NCBI GenBank assembly: GCA_028023455.1
Contig: JAQFVV010000003.1
Span: 27,776,001-27,840,000, forward strand
Length of the DNA stretch: 64,000 bases
From: Epiperipatus broadwayi
Lineage: Eukaryota; Animalia; Onychophora
Direction of reading: 5' to 3'
In this document: one piece after another, positions 39,407-52,833 of the stretch
Position numbering within the stretch: position 1 is the first letter of the stretch
How the letters are laid out: each line of letters starts with the position of its first letter
Program-made: the position numbers and the translations under genes
Notes under the pieces: generated by a model
What the model was told of the DNA's origin: nothing
Database searches by the model: none
Seen by the model: the letters and a program-made list of their open reading frames with translations, nothing else

Positions 39407-41711
39407 TGTAAGAGTATCTGACAACACAAAAACAGCCTATATTAATCCACACCATTAAACATAAGCTTACTAATAAGTGGTTGAAATATGCTATCTTTTC
39501 TTTTTAAACATATCTATACACACATGATGAATGTTTATTTTCACAATAAACTAAATTTCCTTGCTTAATAAAAGAAGTGAAAGCTCATTTAATGAAAGGA
39601 AATAGAACTAAACACTATAGAAATGATCAATGCAATGCACATCATGAATTGAGACAGAGACTAAGTAAGCATAGCAATGACTCAATGTCAAGCTAATCAC
39701 TAGGCAACAAAGTGTGAAAAATAAAATTAGAATTCTATTATATAACTCTTTAAGTTAACTTACCAAGGTAATTTACACAACAATAGGCAGCTGCAGCAAT
39801 ATGAAGGAAATGGAAAATTTAGTATACCAAATACCGGAAGGAGCTCAGTACAAAAGCAAACCCAGTTCATTTCCATTCTCTTTTCTTTTTTTATAAATAA
39901 TGCATTAGCAACATTGTGAGACTGAATTTTCAAATGTGAAGGTAAATGAATACCTCGTTAGAATATTCTGGCTTACCAATATGTTTATTACCATAAAACC
40001 ATAAGAAATTAAAAATCGATGTTTGAATTAAGATAAATTCATGCAGTTTGATAAAATAAGTGAATTATTTTCAAACCGATATTGGAGAAACAACTATATT
40101 ATTCAAAATACTAGTAGTTAAACAAAATGATTATTGCCAGCAATTAAACAATATTAAGTAATTGTTTTTATGTATAGTCATTAAATGCCACACCACAAAT
40201 AGAGAAGATTTAATTCTATTATAAATCACTGTACAATGTATTCTGGTTAAATTACTAGTACCATAGAACTGAGTGTCATTCTGACCCTGGAAGCACAATA
40301 ATTTTTTTGCTTACTCATGTAATGTATAAAGGAACACTAATTGTCCTACAACAAATGTCTACATGAATCAAGAGAAAGATGACTGGAGAGAATTGATGCA
40401 ATATTACTTCGAGCATGTTATGTAAGAATTCCAATGAGCAATGAATATTTTACATAAAGAGAGCAGTCTGAAAAAAAGATAGACTGTACCAATAAAGGAT
40501 TTTGTTGCAAAACTCATGAACATTAACCAAGATGACTTAATGAAAGCTTTGAGTTTGTTATGCATTCTTATATATATATGTTTCAAAAAATACTTTTTTT
40601 AAGTTTTATTTTCACTCTTGGAAACATAAATATTTATAACTTGGAAGAGTCCATTATCAGTAGAAAATATTTTCATTCTTGGAAGTGTAAATGTTTATAA
40701 CTTGGAAGAGTCCATTACCGGTGGAAACAACAAAAAGAGGAGGTAATCAATAAGTTAGATAAGTTGTTTTTTTGTTTATAAAGTTTAGATGGTAGCGACT
40801 TAGCATTGATCATCATAATAAGGGATAAGGTAAGATTTATTCCATATTAAGTGCATACTCTTATTACAGAACAGAGTTTATGTTATTCGTTTATTAACTA
40901 ATAATCATTAAATATCTATTTTTTCAGTGTAAATGATAATCTTCTTGTGAAGATGCTCTTTTCTGTCAACAGTAGAGAATCACACATAGATAGCAGGGTC
41001 CCCAAGAAGATCATACATTGTTATGACAATGCTACTAAAAATGTACCAGCATATCTTAAATTAGCTAGTTGGCTTCACATCACTGTAATAATTTTTTTTT
41101 GGCTTTGTATATAATTTATGCCATATCATACATTTCTACCATTGGGTCAGGGTTTGGAATCATAAATACATTCCAATTGTTGATATAGTAGAAATCCATC
41201 CTTAATGCATATAATTATACTTTTATCTTGTTAAAAAGTTTTAATTTTTTTTTTACTTTGTTTTGTTATCTAATAAATGTTGTAGAATTTATTCATATCC
41301 AACTAGTGATTATCTCTCATTCACTAATCAACCAGTAGCCTAGGATATGCAGACACACACACCTCACTTTTATATAATAATACTTGGGTGGCTATTTAAA
41401 TTGTAACCTATATAGAGGTGCAGCAGTTGTAAACTTGTATAAGTTCATCTGTGAAGAGAGTAAGGCAGTATTCTCCCTGAGTTTGAATACTGGGGCATAA
41501 CGGAGCCAGAAAGGGGAGTGAGATGTGGACGAACTAGCCCAAATTGTATCTTAGATTTAATGAGTAAATACAGAGCTAGTCCACTGAAGAAAGATATGGT
41601 TATAGGTTATGTATTTCATCAAACCAGTGGCAGCATCCTACCAAAAGACCCTGGGTCTGACCATAGTGAGATGCACTCCCCCTCTCTTATGGAAACACCT
41701 GGCCCATTACA
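39407..41711 (+). repeat. Gypsy 3' LTR (~2.3 kb)
   Basis: TGTAA...TTACA; matches the reassembled 5' LTR; carries its own ~60-bp tandem duplication at ~40605-40725. Confidence 0.9.
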
Positions 41712-43129
41712 AACATTATTTTAACATTAGTAATATTATTCTTTTCTATTGATGGTTTGACCAATCACAGTATAAGCATGGGAATCAAACATTAGATTCC
41801 TTTAGATTTTTGAATACTGAAATTAAGATGAAGCTCTAACCAATCAGTCCATTCTATTGAAAGTAACAATCAGTAAAAAGTTGATATAATTATCTTTGAG
41901 GATCATTCTAATTTTTCTACTTTTTTATGAGCAAAGTTAGTGAAACATTTCTAAACATTATGAAATGTTGCTAGGTTGATTTATGGGATTATGAGCAGTT
42001 TTTTTAAATTTTCTTTTTACTTTTATCTCTCTATCCAATATTGTTGTTTTTTTGCAATTGGGAATTTTTCCATTGAAACATGCATGTCTATATCTTGTGC
42101 TCTTTTAATTGTTTTTCAGCAATTCTGGTTTGTTTCGCAGCTGTTGAAATTAGCACAAGTATAATCATTTCCAAAGAATGAACACTAAATTTTCAATAAA
42201 TGTGTTTGAAACAAGATAGAGTTTTGAATGGAACTATCATTTCAAACTCAAAAGATAACAGTCTATGAATTGTCCAACAAACTGTGATTATAAAGTGACA
42301 TAACTAATTATTTTGTGAGTGATCATGAAATTTCCTTTATAGTGACTTATCTGTCTAAACAAAGGGTTTGTGATATTTAATTTATGTGCCATATTCAATG
42401 CCAGTGGACCATCTAACTACATATATCCAACACCATTTCTTTCAATAACTTTCAGTCAAAGTTTATTAATTATATGAATATGAATATTACAATCTCCAAG
42501 AAAAAAAATTATTACACTAAAAAATAAATAATTGAATGATTTTATTATTTGAGAACTCAAAAACAAATTTAAGTGCATGATGAAAGTGACAAAGCTTGGC
42601 TTCAATTCAGTAACCTCGGGTTCCAGAATTTACCTCTATTATTGCACCTTAACTATCTAACACTGTAATAACATTAACTTATATCGAATAAAAGTTTTCT
42701 TTCTCTAAATTTTATGAATCTAATGTTAAAGCAGAAGTTCTGATAAAGTGGAAACCAGTATACAAAATGATTTTTAATGACATTAGCCTTTCATTGATAT
42801 ATCTCAAAGAAATTCCAAGAATAAAAGAAAAGCTTCAACAGTTAATTGGAAAATCTTCATATTGACATTTTTTATTGTAATTTTTTTAAGAAATCCAATA
42901 TTACTAATAATGTTTTGGTAATTTTAATACAATCATCATTTTACATATTATCTAAATTTATTTCAGAAAATGATTTTTTAATTGGAGTTTTTATTTTCAT
43001 AGATGTCTTAATCAAACCTTCCATAGTCTTCCAACTTGTTTAAAAATCCAAAATAGATAATCCATTCCATATCATATAACTGGTACACATGACTACAGAT
43101 ATGTGAAAAAGATAAATGATCACCAATAT

Positions 43130-43603
43130 ACATACTTCGTGCTAAATCAACACTCATCAGTTGGTCCAGATCATTATCTCCCACACATAAATAATCAGTT
43201 CTTGGTTTATATTAAGACAGCAAATCTTCACACTTTAATGGATAGACTGAATCCACTCCAACCTTCAACTCTTCAGCCATCCTTAACACTGATAATCTGA
43301 TGATGGCATGAGCACATCCTGTGATAATATCAATATTATTGCCATGCCCACATTCACTTATAAGTCATTCTGACCCCTCTGTGTAAGACCTTGTCGGTTC
43401 AAATACACAGGAGAGGAATTGGCATTTATCAGATTTTCAATGGAATGGATGGCTGAAGAGATCAAGGATGGAGTGGATTAAGCCTGACCATTAAAGTGGC
43501 AAGATCTGATATCTTAATATAAATGAAGCACTGATTATATATATATATATATGTGGAAGATGACAATCTGGAACAACAGATGAGTGCTGGTCAGCATGAA
43601 ATA
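43130..43603. repeat. Diverged foldback: ~150-bp inverted arms with ~165-bp spacer
   Basis: 43130-43282 is an imperfect reverse complement of 43447-43603 (ggatggctgaagag...gagtggatt...ccattaaagtg...gatgagtg). Confidence 0.7.
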
Positions 43604-43791
43604 TATATATTGTAGATCATTTATTTTTTTCGCATGTTTGTGGTTGTGTTGTATGAGATGGAGTGGATGGTTGAAGAGAGCTTGAAAGTCTTTCAAATTC
43701 CTTATATTATATCTAGACTCTAGGTATATAAAATATACTTGTATTTAAAATATATAAATATTATAATGATACAAAGAATCAGGGATTAACC

Positions 43792-46497
43792 TGTGGTGAT
43801 GGCACTCATCATCATCAACCCCAAGTCAATATAAAATTATTAGGTATAAAAGGAATACTAATGAAAGGAATGAGTAATGAATAGAGGAGCATGAGATATC
43901 AGCACAGAACTAACTATAAGTTCATCAGCATTACACAAAAGCAATAATCAATCATTATCATGAATAATCAATAATAAAAATAAATCACAATCAATCTTGT
44001 GACTGGATTAAGCAGGCTTAATTATTTAAACCTGGCCAGCTTGAGGCAGATTATTTAAACACTAATTTGGATGCACAAACTTAAATTCTAATCTATAATA
44101 ATATACCAATTAAAAAAATAATGCTGGGATACTAAAACATGCCAATCATCCTCAATGCTCTGGTCACTTAGTACCATTAATATAGTGGTCAATTATAAAC
44201 TTACTTTCTAATAAATACTAAACTAAAAATGTATTGCATGGATTTTAAAGGATATTTCCTTTGCACCATCAAACATCAACATCATCTGGATGTCTATAAT
44301 ACTAATAACAGACTGTTGTGCATGAATCCAATTCAGTGAACAAAAGCTCTAGAACTGTTACTGTGACCAAGAAATATAATACAACATATAATAATTCATA
44401 TTTTAGGATTTAATAAATTTGCTGGAATAATTATATTAAAATGAAATTAAGGTTGGTAGAATATAGCTATACATATAAATTAAGCCTTCTGATCTTGAAT
44501 AACGAAAAGAAATCCACTATTACATTGTAATTTACATACATGTCTCAATAGCTTTACATAAAACACTTATGTATCAGCACACAGACATGTCTGTATAACG
44601 ATATGTTTGAATAATGTCAAATTAACATATTTGAATTGTAATAACTAATAATAAAAATGTATTTTAACATATATGTTTCTTCCTGTTATGCATCTATATA
44701 AGCACACAGATGTGCTGTAGCATGGGAATTGTCATATAATAATAATAAGCAATCACATTTTAATGATATATAAATGATTGCTTTCATATATATACATGGG
44801 CACCTATGGAAATGTGGGTACACACAGACATTTATATCATATATGTTACTTTGTCAAAATAATAAACTTGTTAAAAATATACTTTTCATAAGACAATTCC
44901 ATATTGAAAATATACACAAAATTCACACATACATGTATATATAATAAAAAAATTGATAGTTATGAATCAGTTATTAATTAATTCACTATTTCTAATGGTA
45001 AAATAAACTTTTTACTTTTTAAAATATATTTGTATTACTTCTTTGACAGTCCATAAAAGCTTTTCTTTAGGTCAGGGGTGGGCAATTGTTTTGGCTCAGG
45101 GGCCGCAGAGTTTGGCGGAGGGCCGCTTTGTGGAAGCGATGGTTAACAGAGGGCTGCACTTTTTTTCATGTGACAATAAACACACTGCTTTATTCCCTGT
45201 ATTACCAAAGAAATATTGGTTTGTCCATTCTTCATTAAAACATGACATTCATCACTGATTTTACATTTTTTCAGAGGGTGCATAGTTTCATTAAAGTTGG
45301 AAATGCATATATTTGCTAATGCGAAGACTAAATTGAAATTAACCAGACCAACTGATAAAGCATTGCACATTATATCTACACTGTGCATGTGTATCAATGT
45401 GGCCATTCTAGTGGAAAATACACGATGAATCTTCGGTTGTGCACAGGAAGGAAATAGTTCAAAGTGGATTTTTCTGATTGTCTTGGAGGCCGCATAAAAA
45501 CTCTTAGTGAGCCACATGTGGCCCTCAGGCCGCTATTCACCCTCCCCTGCTTTAGGTTATTGTTAATTGTAATCTTTTACAAAAAAATCAAGTCAGACGT
45601 CACATGACCTAATTTAAAAACACTCTAGCAAGTTCTTCTTTTTTCTCCTTTCTAAATAAAACTGGAAATGCATCTTACTTTTAAGTGAATAAAGTTATTT
45701 ACTTAAAAAAAATTGTAATTTAAAATTTTTAACTTATTTTCAAGAAATTATTTAAAATAATCATTCTGAATATATAAAACACTATACTCACCACCTGCAA
45801 TTTATATATATTTGACAAAGTACTTTTATCTGTGCTTCTATGAATATGAATAAAACCATATCCATGTAACTACTTCAGCAAGGTGATGGAATCTGTCAAT
45901 AAGCTAGTCCCTTCTAAAACAGTAGTCTAGCTTCTTGTCACAATTGAGAAAGGTATAATCTGGTAAATGTGGCATACCTACAGTCATCTCCACTTAGTCT
46001 AGAATTTGGTAAGACTTCAGGCATACCAGCTAGAACACAATATATATGAGGTAATAAATCACAAAAACCTGGCCCTAGACTCCATGTGATTCAAAAATCC
46101 TCCATCACATCACTTCAATTATAACTTCATAGTCATAATCTGTAAAATATCATTAAATCTTTTTTCCTCTTTTTATAATGAGGGTGGCAATTTTGAAAAA
46201 AAAAAACAGTAATTAAAAGTAAGTTTTCTTTATCTTGATGAAAAAAGTTAATGTCTCTTTTCAATTCACTTTAATCCTTTCAAAAACAACTTTGTAAGAT
46301 TTTAGGATTGCTTTAATTTAAAAAAGTTATTTAATCAAAATAGTGGAATTTTATAATTACCAGTATGTCTATTGTAACATAAAAACATGCTTGTTTTAAT
46401 TTCAAAATCAGAATTAATAAAATATTAATAAGATCTTTTTAAATGTTTAATTTATAGTGAATTTTTTTAAATTCAAAATTAATTTCAGTATTTTACA
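43792..46497. repeat. Long direct repeat copy A (probable LTR)
   Basis: Collinear with 48863-51010 (e.g. tcaatcttgtgactggatt, gggatactaaaacatgc, ccttctaaaaca); runs TG...TTACA; ends approximate. Confidence 0.75.
45073..45549. mobile_element. hAT MITE (477 bp)
   Basis: TIRs CAGGGGTGGGCAA / CAGGGGAGGGTGAA; perfect TSD CTTTAGGT at 45065-45072 and 45550-45557; absent from repeat copy B. Confidence 0.92.
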
Positions 46498-46670
46498 AAT
46501 ATATATTATCAAAACAAAGTTCATAAACTATATACAAACCAATTTTTTTTAGATTTGACAGGCATCTGACACTTAATAGAATGAAGTGACCTGCAATTCT
46601 GAAATAGATAAAAAATTCAGCCACTGGATTATAAGTACATAATGCACGGTAATAGTAGTACATAATGCAT

Positions 46671-48317
46671 GGTAATAGTATGTATACTGAACCCCATGGC
46701 TTGATGGTGCTGTTTTTCACACAATGCACATCAATATACTGTTTTAGCAGCCTTAACTTATGGCTGACCCTACAATAGGTGTTGTTTGAGTCATAACAGG
46801 CTGCCTGAGAATGATGATACGATTACATAACAAACTACATCCATTACATTGTGACAGTATTACTTAAGTGAGCGCTATTGAACTCTCGCTGTGGTCTGAT
46901 TTGATGGTGGCCATATTTAAAAGAGGTGAAATTCTCCAAATTTTATTGGCAGAAATTTCTTAGAAAATGTAGCATAATTAGTATTATATATTAAGAAATG
47001 TCATGTCATCACACACACTTCCTTATGTTTTTCAACTGCACACAACTTCAAAAAGTTATTCTTTTCAGCAGAGTTTTTCCTGATTTCACACACAAATACA
47101 AGTTTATGCGTGAATCCTGGGGAGAACAGTAAAATGTCATCTGCAAGTTATCAAAATTGGTTGAAACAATGAAATGACGGCCACAGAAATTAACGAAGTG
47201 ACTGTTTTTTTTTTGTTATGGTTCCCTGTTATTTTATTTGTGTGTTTCTTTTGGCTGCTGTGTTTTTTATGCCTCCAAAAATGGTGTTCTTTTTTGTTTC
47301 AGTCACAACTTGTCCACAGTTTTGTTTATTTTTGATTCAACAAATTATTTCATGGGAAACTGTTGTTGTTGTTGTTCACATGATGCTAAAGTAGGTAGGT
47401 AATATTTTATTTAAAAAGAAAGAAGTGTTTAAGAGTTTCTTCAAAATGCCAAAAAATAATAATAAACAACTGTGCGGTAACATAAATGTTCAAAAAGAAA
47501 ATCCAAAAAGAAGTCGACAATTAAAAATCAAAACAAACCTTCCCCCACCCCCCTTAAAAAAAGTGTTCTATAAAAATGAACTGTTTATGTCTTTTTTAAG
47601 AAGGCCAAAAAATTAAGCAAGAACTTTTTGCTATTATATAGAGGTTTCTGCAGCGTAAATAAATATTTGGAAAAAAAAAGTCTTATAATAAATTAAAAAA
47701 AAAAAAAAGACGATAATTACAAACCAAAACAAAAAGCAAATGTTTTATTTAAAAGTATCAAATTGTTTAAGTCTTTCAAATAAAAACATCAAAAAAAAAA
47801 AGATAATTTAAAAACAAACCAACCCCCTTCACCATCTAAAAACAAAGTGTTTGTTAATTTAAAAAAAATTCTACACCTTTTAGGTAAAGAAAGTTAAAAA
47901 AAAAACAAAGTTACCGTATTATGTAAAAAAACCAAGAGACCATTAGTCAATAATTTAAAAGCAAACCAACACCCCTACTATACCACCTAAAAACAAAGTG
48001 TCGTTTATGAAAAATATGAAACCTCCAAAAAAAAACCGGGTGAAAAAAATCTTTGGTTTACAATAATATTATGTAAAGAAACCGATGGACCATTAGTTGA
48101 TAATTTAAAAGCAAACCAACAGCCATACACCATCTAAAAACAAAGTGTTTGTTTCTTAAAAAACAAACAAATGAAAAAAAAACTGGGTGAAAAAAAATCT
48201 TTGGTTTACTGTAATATTATGTAAACCAAACAGACGAATCGGGAATCGGTATATTGATGCGCATTGGGCGAAAAACAGCACCATCAAATAATAGGGTTCA
48301 GTATACATACTATTACC
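46671..48317. mobile_element. Non-autonomous TIR element, Merlin-like ends
   Basis: 71-bp TIRs starting GGTAATAGTATGTATACTG; flanking TAATGCAT / TAATGCAC (8-bp TSD, 7/8); internal ~150-bp subrepeats at ~47800-48230; no recognisable transposase. Confidence 0.75.
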
Positions 48318-48862
48318 TAATGCACCATGAACACCAAGTGGGCTACCTTAATTTAGACATTATAAGATACCACAACCCTTGAGATGAAATAAAAAGGCAA
48401 AAATCTTTGCAAAGTTCTGCTACTTTAAATCTTAGGGACTAGAAAATATATACTATGCCTTGTTCCTTTTCTTGGAGACTTAGAACTCAGAAAGTGAATT
48501 GGAGCAATGCCTGAACACACCTCAGGGTTGAATGAAAACATTGCAACCTAAAGCCTATGACAAAACCTTCCATCCACCATTAAAATTGAAATATAGGTAA
48601 ACCAACTCAAATAGTCAAAAAACCCAATTCAATCTTCAAAATCATAAATTTTCTATTCAACTTTAAACATGAACTTTTTAAATGTACATTAAAAGCATTT
48701 TATAATTTATAATCATCAATACTCTTGTCACATAGTTCACAATAATTTATTTTTAATATTATTTTTGCATAAAATGCATACTTTTTCTCAGATGTGGTTA
48801 TATTTGAGATCTAGTTGAGTGGCACTTATGTAATAATGGCCACCAGTCCCCGTGTAGCCATT

Positions 48863-51010
48863 TGTAATGGTATGAACTTTGAATTGATGAAAAATCATAA
48901 ACCTTAAGTCAAATACTAAATTTAAATATAAACTTAAATACAAATGACTATCATGAGGAATAAGATTAAAAGATGAGTTAATATTAACTATAAATTCGTC
49001 AGCATTACACCTAATAATCATTTATCATCATGAATGATCAATAATAAAACTCAACAGTCAATCTTGTGACTGGATTTGAAATGGGTCTACTATAGGGAAG
49101 GCTAATTATTTAGCCATGCCAGCTTGGAGCAGATTATTTAAACATTAATTTGGATGCAAAACTTAACTGTTAATCCATAAAAATATAACAATTAAAAAAA
49201 TAATTCTGGGATACTAAAACATGCTGATCATCATTAATGCTCTGGTCACTGGCCAATTATAAATTTAATTTCTAATAAATAATAAACTAAATAAAATAAA
49301 ATGTAGTGCATGGAATTTAAAGGATATCCCCATTGCATCACAAATCATATTAGAAGTAATGAAATCATAAACTGAATGTACACAACACTAAACATAAACC
49401 CCTTTTATATAACATTGTGTACAAATTCAGCTCAGTGAGGGAAAGCTCTATACCTGTTACTGTGAGCAAGATATAATCAATATACAATAATTTATAATAT
49501 TTTAGGATTAAATAAATTTACTGGATTAATTTAAACAATGAAACATCAAATTATTAATAACAATTAAATTAAAATAAAATTAAGGTCAGTAGAATATGAC
49601 TATAAATATAAATTAAGCCTTCTGATTTTAATTAATACCAAAAAGAAATCTACTATTATGTATATCTCAATAGGTTTACATAAAACACCTATACATCAGT
49701 ACAGAGAAGTGATTGTATAATATAAAATGAACATGTTTGAATTGTCATAAACTAATAATAAAAATAATTAATTTTAACATATATGTATCTACCTGGCATG
49801 CATCTATATAAGCACACAGACATGCTATATCATATGGGAATTGTCATATAATAAAAAATAAGCTATCACATTTTAATACATGAGTTTTCACACACATATA
49901 TATGGATACCCACAGAAATGTGCACACACACTGATGTTTATATCATGTGATATTTTAATTTGTCAAAATAATAAACTTATTAAAAATATATTTTTTTACA
50001 AAACACAATTAATTCTATGTTAAAAACATACATGAAATTCACATAAACGTGTATATAATAAAAAAAATTGATGGTATGAATCAAAGTTATTAATTCAATG
50101 TTTCTAATGGTATAAAAAGTTTTTCTTTTTACTTTTTTTAAGTTCTTTTGTTCCTTCCTTTTTTAATAAAACTGGAAATGTATCTTACTTTTAGTTGAAT
50201 AAAGTTATTTACTTTAAAAAAAGTTGTAATTTTAAAAATTTTGTCATTTTCAAAAAATTATTTAAAAAACATTCTCAAAATGTAAATCACTCTACTCACC
50301 AGCTGTACTTTATATGTATCCAATGCAGTACCTTTATCTATGGTTTTCCACACATAAATAAAACAGTATATGTAGAAACTATTTCAACAAGCTAATGGAA
50401 TCTCTAGGTAAGCTGGTCCCTTCTAAAACAATAGACTGGATTGTCATAATTGGGAAAGGTCTAATCTGGTAACTGTTGACATATATACAGTCAGCCCCAT
50501 TTACTTTGAGACTTCAAGCATACCAGCTAAAACACAATATATACAGGCTAATGAACTACAAAAAAGCTGGTCCTGGCCTCCATGTAAATCATAACTCCAT
50601 CATATCACTAGCAGCAGTAGCTAGATTCTGTCTTCCCTTCAGTTATAACTTCATAGACATCATGCTGTCATAATCTCATCTAATCTTTTTTTCAACCTTT
50701 TTATAATCAGGGTGAAATTGAAAAAAAAAACAGTAATTAAAAGTAAGTTTTCTTTACCTTGATGGAAAAAAGTAAATGTCTCTTTTCAAAAACAACTTTG
50801 GAGAGTTTTAGCATTTTTATCAAAATATGTTATACATGCTTTAAATAAAAAAATTTCTTTAATCAAAGTAGTGGAATTTTATAATTACCAGCATAATTAT
50901 TGTAATATAAAAACATGCTTGTTTTAAATTCAAAATCAGAATTAATAAAATATTAATTAGGCCTTTTAAATGCTTAATTTATAATAATTTTTTTAAATTC
51001 AAAATTATTT
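48863..51010. repeat. Long direct repeat copy B (probable LTR)
   Basis: Starts TGTAA; on the minus strand its end is followed by AA-TGGCTACACGGGGAC, a PBS-like position; right end approximate. Confidence 0.72.
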
Positions 51011-51738
51011 AATCCTTAACTGTTATTCCAGTGTAATAGAGAAACTACCTCAAAAAAATTTTGTTTGCATGTATTTCTATTTTTCCTTTCAACTTTATAT
51101 ATATATATGCACACACTGTTATGTTGATGTATACCATGAGACACATAACTATCTCATTGTATATATATTAATTTATTTAATCAAATGAAAAGTACAAAGA
51201 ACAAAATTATTTTTTTAGACTTTTTTAAAATATAAGCAATGTAAAAAAAAATTAAAGAGTATTAAATATTTTGTATTTTCTTGTTCTTACTCATATGTTA
51301 TACAATATTGTTCTTTATGATCAAGGTTTTAAATACTTCAACTTTTCATATAGGTATAATTGTTTTTGTGTGTGTGCATGTAAATGAGTTGCAATTTAAT
51401 ATTTGTAACTTGAATAGTTTAAACATCAAGGCTGAATCGTTATTTTCATTTTGTAAAGTCATTGTTAATATTATCATCAGTCATCACTGTCTCTCATCAG
51501 AAGCACTCATTAGATTGTATCTGACAAATTTAACTTTAATATAGCTAAATGTAATTCATGATTATAATAAATATGTTGGTCTACTGAAAACAATCATTCA
51601 AATTTTTGCAACACATTGTCCATAAATAGTAACAATGCCAAGTTTTAAATGAATTTAGTTTTATATCAGGTAATTTTGAAGTTAAATAAAACTAATCTAA
51701 GGTACATTGATATTTTTTTAGACCAGTTCATTCATTAA

Positions 51739-52833
51739 CCTTTACCTAGGTCTATATGCGAAGTAGTGGTCGAAGGGCCCCCTATTGCATTTGTACACAA
51801 CACAATATAGCATTTTGATTTTCCTTTGACAATAGCAGTTTTGTCTGAAAAATTCTGTTTTTTTTATTCTAGCCCATGCATATACTATTCAGGTATTAGT
51901 TTGTAAAATTTCACATAGATGGCAGTTATAATTAATGATTTATTCGCTATTCCATGGATGATAATTGGAAACCCCATATTGACTCTTTTTCCTACCTGTA
52001 TAGAGAAAAGACGTTTTTCTTTGCTTTCTGCAAAATAATTTCTTTTTTTTTTTTAATAATTTGCATTATTCTTTCAATTGATAAGTTATAATAATTATTT
52101 ATGATTTTTCTTTTTTAGAAAATATTTCTATGAAAATAAGCTCTTTGACTTTCTATTCAGATATCTAGAATCTGTGATAATTCTTCAACTTTCATATTCT
52201 TGCATGCATTTTTTAATATTTATTCTTGCAAGTATTATTTTGAAATCAAGTAAATATTACTAACTAAATATTATGTATATTTCAAAAAATTATAATTATA
52301 TTTTCTGCAATAAATAAGGGTGTTTTTGTAGATTTTGAAAATATGCAGCATCGTTTTGTCAATTGAAAATTTTCAACATCACGTGATGTTTTCTTATCTA
52401 TAAATGAATAACTATTATATTTTTTTACAAAATATTTTAGGCTTTAGAAAGTATGTGAATCAAAACTTGATTTATATATATTTTTATAATAATGTATTTC
52501 AATAAATAAAATAAACAGCATTTCTTTTTCATATATTTTGAGTCACATGATAGCATATATATATATATTCATTTTTCACTCCTCATTATATCCATCTGGT
52601 TTTTTGGACAAAAATATATAAATATGTTTTTTTTTCATATAAAATATAATTTACGTTTTAGAATGTATATGATCCAAAACTTGTGATTTATATATATTAA
52701 TAATAATGTATTTCAATAATTAAAATTAGCATTTCTTTTTCATATATGTTGAGTTACGTGATAGCATATATCTGTAATTGTAAAAGTGTACAATTTTGGT
52801 CACTTTTTTGAAAGAAAAAAAACTAGGAAAAGG
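51739..52833. mobile_element. Non-autonomous piggyBac-like element
   Basis: TTAA at 51735-51738 and 52834-52837; TIRs CCTTTACCTAG / CCTTTTCCTAG; internal ~215-bp duplication at ~52450-52780. Confidence 0.75.

Larger units (their letters stand above)
23194..41711 (+). mobile_element. Decayed Ty3/Gypsy LTR retrotransposon with ~2.3-2.4-kb LTRs; 5' LTR interrupted by a hAT
   Basis: Both LTRs run TGTAA...TTACA; PBS after the 5' LTR, PPT before the 3' LTR; internal order gag-like, PR, RT, IN. No clear TSD. Confidence 0.9.

Noticed and set aside
23190-41716. TSD for the Gypsy element
   Set aside because: Flanks ATAC and AACA do not match; the ATATA match around the 53.8-62.6-kb element lies in TA microsatellite and is uninformative.
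43295-43480. Additional hammerheads at other CTGATGA/CTGAAGA words (also ~748, ~17340, ~58400)
   Set aside because: No stem II followed by GAAA and an NUH site.
47040-47170. LADDILLFSP on the minus strand as a LINE RT motif, or HTNT/HTQ as Merlin transposase motifs
   Set aside because: Isolated short matches with no neighbouring motifs in order.
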